64,000 nucleotides of DNA from the NCBI RefSeq assembly GCF_006345805.1, contig NC_043005.1, forward strand, positions 89,404,001-89,468,000, in the 5' to 3' direction. This DNA comes from Octopus sinensis (taxonomy: Eukaryota). Shown one piece after another: positions 51,196-61,897 of this stretch. The translations under genes were made by a program, and so were the position numbers. Each line of letters starts with the position of its first letter. The stretch's first letter is position 1. A model generated the notes under the pieces. That model saw only the letters and a program-made list of their open reading frames with translations, did not search any database and was not told the origin of the DNA.

Positions 51196-51995
51196 ATATA
51201 TATATATCATCATCATCCTCATTTAACGTCTGTTGTCCATGCTGGCATGGGTTGGATGGTTTGACAATGGCTGGAAGGGTGTACCAGACTCCAGTCTGAT
51301 TTGGCATGGTTTCTATGGCCGGATGCTCTTCATAATGCCAACCACTCCAAGAGTGTAATATATATATATACATACATATGTATACATATTTATAATATCT
51401 GTAATAAATCTTTGGTAACTATGTAGTGCTCACCATTGGGAAGCGCAGCTATATGGCACAAGATGCAAATGACCTATTGCAATATACTCTATGATGTGTG
51501 GCAGTGTGTGCGTATATATATATATATATATATAGTGATAGAAGAGGAGCTATTTGCAGATGAAGGCGTATCAAAGTGAACCATACCACGTTTGATGGTT
51601 AGACCGTATGATGCAAATCAGCAAACCAACAATCCATTCCATTAGTGAAAGAAAGTTCATTGGTGTCTGGTAATCTGCAAAACTTTCAGTGTGGCTTGAG
51701 AGTTTAGCAATAAAATGGCAGACGAATGGATTATATGCTCTCATCACAATGTGTTTTATGAGAAGATTTTATAACAGTTGTGATATATTACGAATGGTTT
51801 TTATGTCTTATTTGTTATTGTTTCTGTTGAACACCAGTTCAGTTCTGATCCAGTAGATCTATGGTCAAAGAGAATACACAGTACAAGCTGTCTTGAGAGA
51901 AGAAATTCCTCTTATAAATAATACAGGCATAAACACACCACTAGGCCAAGAACGACATCATCACAATGGACGACACATACGTTTCTGCAGTGTCC

Positions 51996-52057
<62 letters not shown>

Positions 52058-52127
52058 TGGAGTAAGGACATAAATGTGAAACAAGGTGGGAAAAAGAGTA
52101 CTCAAATACCAGAGGTAGAGTAATATG

Positions 52128-52192
52128 CTTTATTTAAAAGCAGCAGAAATTTAACAAAAGCTTTTGTTAAATTTCTGCTGCTTTTAAATAAA

Positions 52193-52193
<1 letters not shown>
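52128..52193. repeat. Perfect 66-bp palindrome with no spacer
   Basis: CTTTATTTAAAAGCAGCAGAAATTTAACAAAAG|CTTTTGTTAAATTTCTGCTGCTTTTAAATAAAG. Confidence 0.97.
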
Positions 52194-52241
<48 letters not shown>

Positions 52242-52364
52242 GATCATATTGACAGAGTGTGCATGCATTCATTAAATATACATACATAAAGTGTGTGAGT
52301 ATGTGTGCACATTGATCACATAAACAAAGTGTGAATTTATTTATACATATATACATATATCTAT

Positions 52365-52438
<74 letters not shown>

Positions 52439-52939
52439 TGTACATATTGATTATATATGTGTGTGTGTGAGTGTTGATCACATAGGAAAGTTTTTACATA
52501 TTGATTCAAATGACATAGCTTTAAGTATTTAAGTATTGACTGCATTGTGTGTTAATATGTCAATCAGATAGTGTGTGTGTGTGTACTTGTGTTTGCATGT
52601 GAGAGGATATTGACTAGAAAGGTAGTGTATGCAATTTCTTTTATATTGACGAAGTTTGTAAATCAGAAGTCAATTGCAGAAATCCGGTGTATATTTATCG
52701 ATTCCATTCACTGATCAACAACATTACTAACTCCACATGTCAACTGGTCAGATTTTCTGGTCTGTTATTTGCCAGGCAAGTTTCAAAGTTTCCTGATTGA
52801 TATCAATAACATTATTATTGTCATCGTTGTAACAGAAATCTGCATATCACCACTTGACTAATATTCTCAAATCTGTGCCAACCACTTCTACCTGTGTCCT
52901 CTTCAGTTTTCCTCTCCTATGAATGACCTTCACTGTTGA

Positions 52940-53830
52940 AATTTGGCATTTTCACACCCAGCACTCATCTAAACTTTAGCCTACGTTTCCACACCAACAC
53001 ACGTATCTCTTCTACACATACCAAACCAAGGTATTTTTAATGCCAAAATTCTCTCCTCCTCCTCCTTCCCCTCTCTCTTTCTCTCCCCACGTCTCTCTCT
53101 CTTCCCTGTTAACTTTCCTTTGATATTGCTGCACTTCTTATGTGTCCATAGCTTACACCAGGTACATCTTATAGACTCTCTACCTACACCTTTTCTTCAG
53201 AGCAAGCAAGGCCATCTACCTGAAGGGATTTGTGAATTGTCAGCCTTCCTACTTACTAAGACTTTGGTTTTTGCTAGGTTAACTCTAAGGCCCTTCCATT
53301 CTAGACCTTGGTTCCACACCTGAAACTTCTTCTCTAGTTCTGGTAGTGATTCAACTATAAGAGCAAGGTCATCAGCATAGAGGAACTCCCAGGGACAGCC
53401 TATCTTGAATTCCTCTGTTACTGGAGGACTATGATGATCAAAAGGGGGCTAAGGACTGATCTTTGGTGAACCCCTACTTGTATCCTGAATTCTTCACTAT
53501 ACTTGTTGCCAACCCTCACCTTACTGACAGTATCTCTGTACATGGCTTGTACAGGCTCTCACTGACCACTCATCTATCCCTAGTTTCCACATTGACCATC
53601 AGAGAAGGAATCGGGAGACCCAAGCCAAATACAGAGGTTTATCTTTGGCTAGTTATTTCTCCTGCAGCTGTCTTATCAGAAATATAGCATTAGTGGTGCT
53701 TCTCCCTGACATGAAACCAAACTGCATCTCATCTAAACTAACTCTCTCCCTAATTAGTTGGACTATGACCCTCTCCGTGACTTTCATCACCTGATCCAAC
53801 AATTTGATACCTCTCATACATACACATACA
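52940..53830 (-). pseudogene. RTE reverse transcriptase remnant with Cys-rich PHD-like insert
   Basis: IKLLDQVMKVTERV, DEMQFGFM, IRQLQEK, PWEFLYADDLAL, VNLAKTKVL, GVGRESIRCTWCKLWTHKKCS. Confidence 0.88.
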
Positions 53831-54830
53831 CACATCTGTAGTGTAATATATGGACTCAGAGAATCATGTGGCTATCATAGAAAGCTCCTCTAACAGACTT
53901 GGCTAACAAACCACATAAATCCGATAAAGTGGAGTATAATGTAGAGTTCCATGCAGCTGAAATACAGGAGATCCAATCAATGAAATCATTTCAAGAGGAG
54001 TATATGAACCATAAAAAGTCAGAGGTTAATATATTTATTTAACTGTTTGTCATCCTTAGGATTACAACTGTTTTGCAGCCTTCATCATGTAATAATAATT
54101 GCAGCATGTAATGAATTATTTTAAGCATCTGCATTTACATGCATGCTCAGCGTTATACAATACAATAGTAAATTCAACTCTCTCTATACCCTTACATACA
54201 TTTATATGTACATACATGCATATATAAATGTATGTATACAAATGTGCATGTATGCATATATATATATATATTTGTAGATAAAAAACACATGATAAATGCA
54301 CAAACTAACAGAAAACAAACATAGAAGGCCACCAAATCCTCATTAGTTATTGGCCAGAGGGTCAAGCAGAATTTCATGCCTTCAACAATAATATTGCTTC
54401 CCTTCTGGTAGTGCTGACAGCAAAAAGCTGCTGTGTGATGGTGAACCAATGAACAAGGGACCAAACATGACAGAAGGAGAATTAAACAAACAAGAAATAT
54501 ACAAATATGCAATACAGAAAGTGAACATACAAATATGAAATAAATGTAATTCAAGACAAGGGGATTAGTGGACAGAGAAGGGACAAAGATGAAAACAAAC
54601 AAGCCGAAATGTGGACACACAAACAAACTGAAATAAATAGAATATGAACTTAGAGCCAGAGAGGAGACAAAAATATGGTTAATGCCAAGAGGGATGACTT
54701 AAACGATTAGAAACAGAAGGACAACGGAGAGACAGTGAAATATGATAAGAGTGGGAGATGACACAACCTATCGCTTTGGCAGTCACTGTGAAAAGGAAGA
54801 GGATAAGAGATGATGATATATATATATATG

Positions 54831-56497
54831 TCTCTTATTATAAAAGGCAGATTTTATCTGCCTCCCTTTGTAACTTATAGAAATCTACAATATAGGATTT
54901 CTTCAATTACAATTTACCTAGCATTTTTAAGAGTAGAATGCATCGGGTCATGCCAGGTCCAGTTTTTAAAATTTAAACTCCAATTAAGCAAAATTTACAG
55001 AAAACTCACATTCTGGTGTGTATGTCAAATGCTTTTCTTAATGTGGTTTACACCACACGCACACGCACACACACAGTGTGCAACGAATAAAATGAAAGTA
55101 AATAGCGACAGAGTGATTTGAGGAAGACTAAACTGAAAGTATTTAAACCACTACTCAAAAAATAAAAAAACACAGCAAACAGAAACAAATAAATACATAA
55201 CGATTTACTCCTCACACAATTTCTTCAATTAGAGTTTACCTAAGATTTTTCAAAGTACTCCATTCGGTCATGCCATAATATATTTCTTTCAATTTCACCC
55301 CCAATTAAGACAAAATTCGAGAAAACTCAATATTTTAACATTTCACTCCGAAAGCATTGATGTACATGTGTGCGTGCGTGAGTGTGTGTGTGTGTGTGTG
55401 TGTGTGTTTGATGGGTTGTGCGACACAGAAAGTGTGGTGTGTAAGTGAAGTGCTTTTGTTAGTGTGTGTAAAGAGACAGACAGAGTGAAAGACAGAAATA
55501 ACTGAACTTTTTTATTCACTTTTTGTAGTGAGTGACTGAGAGAGAAAAGAGAGAGAGAGGTTATGTATGTATATATGTATGTATGGCTTCAGTGACACAC
55601 ACACACAAAAACACATACCTACGTACACCTAAAGCACGCACACACACACACACACAAGCGGAGCGTGAACTTCATAATTTTGGTAGTATTAATTTGCGAG
55701 CGTACTTCTAAGCGCGCGTAATTGAAAGTTTTCACTATGATATCATCACGTGCGAAAAAATTCGAAGGGTTTTGAACAATTGAGATACAGATGTCACGCC
55801 TGTATTGAAACCATTGCTAAGCTGCCGTAATTGCTTAATTAAGACTTTGTTTAAATTGAAAGGGGCAAATATGCGACGAGGTTGAAAAAAAATACCCCAG
55901 AAAAAAAAATGTACTGCTGGTATTTATATAATTCACTACTATTTTGCTACAATGTCATGAAAAAGAAAAATTTAGGTATGTAAATCGAATTCGCCACCCC
56001 CTTTTCCCTGTTTGCGTTTGTGTAAAAAAAATTATTATTTAAGTTTTAAAAATTATTTACTTTGTTCAAAAAATATTAATATTAATTAATTTTCAAGAAT
56101 TATCTAATTTTATTCTGTAAAATAGTAATTAATTCATTTATCTGTAAATCCACGAGGTTGTTACTCAGGCACCTAGAATGGTAACCTTCAACTAACACTA
56201 TCTCCTCCGAGACCCTGCGGCGCAAGTTGACCAAAATTGAGAGTATGGTAGAAGAAGGGTTGCTCTTCCTTCCGTAGAACATAAAATTCAAATCGGACCA
56301 TGTTAACACCAAAAATTATTTACATCAAGAAGATGCTTTTTTCTATGAAAATCCCTATTTTTTACGATTTTTTCACTGCTGTGTCACCACTTTTCGGTGT
56401 ATTTCGACCAGAAAAATGTTCACAAAATTTTTACTTTTCAAAATTACAATTCCAGTGGGTCGAAACAAACCTGAGCAATGCCGGGCGATACTGCTAG
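54831..56497 (+). mobile_element. Non-autonomous Helitron, 1.67 kb
   Basis: Starts TCTCTTATTATAAAAG, ends ACAAACCTGAGCAATGCCGGGCGATACTGCTAG|T; same 3' terminus as 10843-11243; no Rep/helicase ORF. Confidence 0.8.
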
Positions 56498-56512
56498 TAT
56501 ATATATATAGCT

Positions 56513-57050
56513 AGTCTCACGATCCTATTATCTGCTTGAGGGTAGTAGGGGTTCGCAACCCCTGCAATTAATATATATTGCATATAAAGGGTGCAGCGTT
56601 GCACCGATAACCAGCTAGTGGAGGATCTGCCTGGGGTTAAACTAGTTGTAACATGGAACAACCACTTTGATGTGGCGACTCACTTTACTTTTTAGCATAC
56701 TTACTACTCTGATCTCTTCTTGAGATTGTACAACGTACTATTTTGCTTGTGGCAAATCAGTGACCAATGGTCACTTTGTTTACAACATATTGTTGGCTGG
56801 AGTGGAGTCTGGCTATTGCTCTGATGGACAGGTGCTCGTGTCTGAGGATGAGCCAAATAGCTTGAAACTGAGTCAGTCTATTGATCCTGTTACCTGCTAT
56901 AAAGTGGTAGGGGTTAGGGTTCCTCCTGCAAACAATATATTGTATATAGAGGGTGTAGTGTTGCACTGATAACCAGCTGGTGGAGGATCCGCCTGGGGTT
57001 AAACTAGTAGTAACCTTCAACAGCCACTTTGATGTGGTGACTGGCTTTAC
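56513..57050 (+). mobile_element. Candidate non-LTR retrozyme: 362-bp unit, ~1.5 tandem copies, hammerhead at the junction
   Basis: 56513-56688 repeats at 56875-57050 (offset 362, roughly 80% identical by eye); the repeat restarts at the hammerhead GUC. Confidence 0.7.
56836..56884 (+). ncRNA. Type I hammerhead ribozyme motif
   Basis: UCGUGU-CUGAGGA-U-GAGC(CAAAUA)GCUU-GAAA-CUG(AGU)CAGU-C/UAUUGA: complete CUGANGA and GAAA core, 4-bp stem II, 4-bp stem III, GUC triplet; stem I is decayed in the linear copy. Confidence 0.75.
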
Positions 57051-57230
57051 ATTTTATGTGTATATATATACATAAACTATGCAAGAGGGCAGTTTATGGA
57101 GTTTCCACAGGAAAATTCTTCTTTACACAACTTCAGATATCTGTTGATCATTGAGTGCTTCTTTTGGTAGTTGTCTTGATTGTCTAAGCCCTCGTCACAT
57201 CATCATCATCTAACATCTGCTTTCCATGCT

Positions 57231-57271
<41 letters not shown>

Positions 57272-57356
57272 AGAGTTTACGAAAAAAACAAAAGATGAAG
57301 ACAGGTGGTGTACAAAACAAACAGATGTATTAATATAATGCTCAGGAATAGAAAAA

Positions 57357-57399
57357 GTCTTTTACGTTTCGAGCCTATGCTCTTCTACAGAAAGGGACA
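57357..57399 (-). ncRNA. Minimal type I hammerhead-like motif with one core change (CUGUAGA)
   Basis: Minus strand CUUU-CUGUAGA-A-GAGC(AUAG)GCUC-GAAAC-GUA/AAAG; ACGU palindromic stem III of the dimer-acting type. Confidence 0.55.
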
Positions 57400-58103
57400 C
57401 AGAAAAAACAAGGAGAGAAAAAAAATGTGTGTATGGCTAACGATCTATCATGGCGACTGCCAGACAGAAGGGTCACACACATATATATATATATATGGCC
57501 CAGCCTTCTGGCTTCCCAGACCTCAGTTGAACCGTCCAACCCATGCTAGCATGGAAAACAGACATTAAACGATGATGATACGTATCAGCAATGTTAACTG
57601 CACACATGCTGTTGGCAATTTCATTTCCTTCTTTGGACTTTTTCCTTTCTCCTTTCCGATGAAGAGACATGCTCGAAATATCAAATCCTCTCTTTTTACT
57701 GATCATCAAGTGAATACATTTCTTGTGCAAATTCTCTCGTCCATTAATTTTATCCAGTTATTTGAATTGATTGTTTATTTGAATTTACTATACATACATA
57801 CATATATATATCTGTTTTTTGTCTCCATTCTCTGGTTTTTGTCTTTGTTGTAACACACATCCACCTGCTTTGTTACAAAAAATCTAATGCTCTTAGCTTA
57901 GATTTTTTGGCGGGGGGCAATCAAATTGAACAGTCTCAAGTGTAACAACCTGAAACTGCAAGGACATCTAAAAACTTGACTGATGAAAGGCCACGAATGA
58001 CCCGTCCTTTTTTTCCTGTCGCTCTAATTGTTACTTTTCCTCTCTGCTTTGTATTGTCTCTCTGGATGTTTTATTGTCCTCTATTGTGTTTTTGTTCCAT
58101 TTC

Positions 58104-58151
<48 letters not shown>

Positions 58152-58155
<4 letters not shown>

Positions 58156-58515
58156 ATAAATTAAATAGAGAGATACTATTGACAATCCAATTCAGGGACA
58201 TGGTTTAAAGATAGACGAAATTTAATTAATTTTTACAATCCAGCTGTCCTTTCACATGGAATTTCATCTATCTTTAAACTATGACCCTGAAGTGGCTTAT
58301 ATATATATAAGGGAACTGTTATTGTGAATTTATATCAGAAAATGTATATAAGTCGAAACAATTTGTTGGCCTTTTATGGTTTTTTAAAATAAATGTTTAT
58401 GTTAGATAATATTGTGTTATATTATATTATCTTATATTCATAGTATATCTTGTAATATTATAATATAAATAAATTGTTGGATTGTCAATAATATCTCTCT
58501 ATTTAATTTATCTTT
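58152..58515. mobile_element. 364-bp element with 39-bp terminal inverted repeats, an internal 32-bp foldback and a decayed hammerhead-like motif
   Basis: 58152-58190 versus 58477-58515 (1 mismatch); 58191-58222 versus 58260-58291 (3 mismatches); CUGAAGU-GGCUUAUAUA...UAUAUAAGUC-GAAACA(AUU)UGU-U at 58287-58367. Confidence 0.65.
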
Positions 58516-58611
58516 GTAATTACATTATACCCATATTTATATGGTATTCAACTGATGTTCCAGTGAACTGGATGTTTAACCCCTTTGAAGGATTTCTTTT
58601 CCTCAGTTTAT

Positions 58612-58663
<52 letters not shown>

Positions 58664-59408
58664 CTACTTCTTCTGGGTTTATTTATTGAACTGTGACCAT
58701 GTTAAAAATCCAACATTCCACACAATTACCCACAATCACGTAATTATCTCTCATCTCCTGTGATTATGTATTTATTTCATCATTGCCTTGTCTTTCTGTG
58801 AAGTCTTCATCTCTGACAGTAAGGCTACAGTGACATGTGCAGAGATGACAGCAACAGGATAGAGTACACATCCCTCTGCTTCTCTCTGCTTCAGCAGTGG
58901 TGGTGGTGGCGATGGTGGTGGTGGTGGTAGGAAGTGCAGCAAGCATTAGAAGGGAAAGAAGCAGCATGTCCCCTATTTTTCGATACTGCAGCAGGTGATA
59001 CAACTGCTACATCCTGTCAGCCTTGCTGAAAGGGGGAAATTCTAAAGGATCTGGGTTTGCAGTGATTTAAGGCATTGATTAAATGGGAACGATAATTGTT
59101 GGATATCATCATTAGGAAAGGCTTACACAGAGGGGTGTGTGTTTGCTTGCTTATGTGTGTGTGCGTGTGTGTTTGCATGAGTGCGTGTGTTTGGAAGGAT
59201 TTGTTCATTGATTTATGAGTGTGAGTGAGCATTTTCATGTGTGTGCGAGTGCGTGAGTGTGAGTGCTTAGCATGTGTGTATATACGTATTTGCCTGTGTA
59301 TAACAATTGGTCTCCTACTCTCTCTCCTTCCTTCTTTCTCTCTTTCTCTCTCACTGTATGCATATAAGGATTGTTTTCAGGGATTTGTGAATGTGAGAGA
59401 ACACTCTA

Positions 59409-59530
59409 GTGAGTGCGAGTGCATATTAGAGTGTGAGTGCATATTAGAGTACGAGTGCATATTAGAGTGTGAGTGCATATTAGAGTGTGAGTGCATATTA
59501 GAGTGTGAGTGCATATTAGAGTGTGAGTGC
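59409..59530. repeat. 18-bp minisatellite, ~6.5 copies
   Basis: Unit GAGTGTGAGTGCATATTA. Confidence 0.95.
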
Positions 59531-60734
59531 TTCGCATTTGTGTGTTTATGTTTGCCTGTAACAATTAGTTGCCCATCTCCACTCCCTTCCTGTCTGTATG
59601 TTGGGATTCTTGCAGGGTTCTGTGAGTGTGAAGGGACATTTTAGAGGGTAACGGCATGTCTGAGAGGGAATCTTTAACATGAATATACATGTGTATGGTT
59701 GTATGTAACTACTTGTAGTGTTTGTGTGTGAGTGTGTGTGCATATGTGTGTGTGTTCGTATGTGTGTGTGTATATGTGTGTGAGTGTGTGTGCGTATGTG
59801 TGTGTGTGAGTGTGCATATGTGTGTGTTTGTGAGTGTGCATGCGTATGTGTGTGTGTGCACATGCGTATGTGTGTGTATGCGTGTGTGTTTGTAAGTATG
59901 TGTGCGTGTGTGTGTGTATGTGTGTGAGTGTGTGTGCATATGTGAGTGTGTGTGCGTATGTGTGTGTGAGTGTGCATGCATGTGTGTGTGTGTGCATATG
60001 TGTGTGTGAGTGTATGTGAATGTGTGTGTGTGTGTCTGTGAATGTGCATGCATATGTGTGTGTGTGTTTAAATGTATAAATCAGAGAAAGAGTACTCAAT
60101 GCAATCTAATAGAGTTTATTCATGTAAAGCTGATGATCAACTCCATCCATTGCTACTCAGAGTTTTTCCCTCAATGCCATCAACTGTACAGTGAGGAAAG
60201 TGGCACCTCCATATGTGTGTGGCACATTCACACACACACATGTATAAAGATATAAATTTATGTAAAATTATCATGTTTTTAATGCCTACACTTTGAAGCT
60301 TGTTGAAACTGATTCTCCATGCCTGGATGCCCTTCCTGTTGCCAACCTTCATCTTTTTCCAAATAAGGATGTGATATTTTCATGACAGATTGGAAATAAA
60401 TGACACTATTTGCATAACAAGGGTACTTGTTTATAATTATCCAAGGAGACAATAATAGGCAAACATACGCACATTCATAGATATGTATTACTTTACCTGT
60501 GGGTCAACAAGGTTAGCAATGGTTTCATGTGACATGCTTGATAATTGTTGAAAAATTCCTCCTGATATGAAACCATTGGTAGCCTTGTTGACCACAAATA
60601 AAGAATATTTATGCCCCAATGCACTACAACAGCTTCTGACAGACCAAAGCCTTGTGAGTGGATTTGGTAGATGGAAACTGAAAGAAGCCCATTGTATATA
60701 TATATATATATACATATATATACATATATATATA

Positions 60735-61170
60735 TCATCATCATCGTTTAATGTCTGTTTTCCATGTTGGCATGGGTTGGACGGTTTGACTGGGGACTGA
60801 CAAGCGAGAAAGCTGCATCAGGCTCCAATCTGATCTGGCAATATTTCTACAACTGGATGCCCTTCCTAATGCCAACCACTCCAAGAGTGTAGTGGATGCT
60901 TTTTACATGTCTCTGGTACAGGAGCCAGTCAGGCGGCACTGGCATTGGCCAGATTCGGATGGTGCTTTTTACATGCTACCGGCACAGGAGCCAGTTGGGG
61001 CAGTGGTGCTGGCATCAACCACATTTGGATGGTGCTTTTTACATGCCACTGGCACAGGGAGGCAGTCAGGCGACACTGGGAATGACCCATGCATGAATGG
61101 TGTTTATTGCGTGCCACCAGCTTGGGAGCCAGTTAGGTGGCACTGGCATTAGTCACAACTCAAGGTCACT
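60735..61170 (-). mobile_element. RTE 3' tail copy with about four decayed UTR units
   Basis: Tail motifs plus repeated GGTGCTTTTTACATGC. Confidence 0.8.
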
Positions 61171-61897
61171 GTTTCACAAGTTCCATCAACACTGTTGCGG
61201 TCAATTTGAACTCTATTTGACCGACTGTTCTTCATCTCACTGTATGAGCTATTTACTACTGCTGCTATCAGAATTTACTGCAGTTACTAATATCGCTACA
61301 ATTAGAAACATTCAAGTTGACGATGAATTATACCGGTCTGAATTATACCGGTGGCACCAACGAAAAATCCCTTTCTTTCTCTGTGCTGGGAGAAAAGAGA
61401 ATTTACTATAAAAACAAACCCCCAGCCCTCCCTCCAACGTATAATTTACTTTAAAAAGAAATACTTTAAAAGGGAAAAACGTGAGAAAAAAAAGAAAAAT
61501 TAATAATCTAATTTAACAATAGACAAAAACATGTGCCTTCTCGCACATAAACACAGTATTCACACATATACAAACATGCGCAGATGCAATTATTGAAGTA
61601 CTAAATGGCACGTCAAATGATATTTAATCGTGTGGAACATGTTACATGCATATCAATATTCTAAAGTTTGGACATACTATCCCTTATCCTAAAGCTGTTT
61701 CAGACAATTAGGAAGGGTTCCCGACTCGTTGCACCGTCTGCTTTCAATCTTGGATTGTGATTCGGCTCAGCCCAAACTCTCTCAGTTTTTGTCTGCTGTT
61801 GCCTACTCCTACAAGGATTGCACCTGTTTTTTGTTCCTGATTTAACCCCGATTTGTCCTAGAGCCCATAGAAGATTGTTTTTAGTCAACCATCCATC

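Noticed and set aside
57975-58010. CTGATGAAAGGCCAC in an interspersed repeat
   Set aside because: No stem II or GAAA follows.
61700-61888. 62-aa antisense ORF in the LINE 5' UTR (ORF0-like)
   Set aside because: Short, starts at a non-ATG codon, no motif; cannot be told from chance without family conservation.
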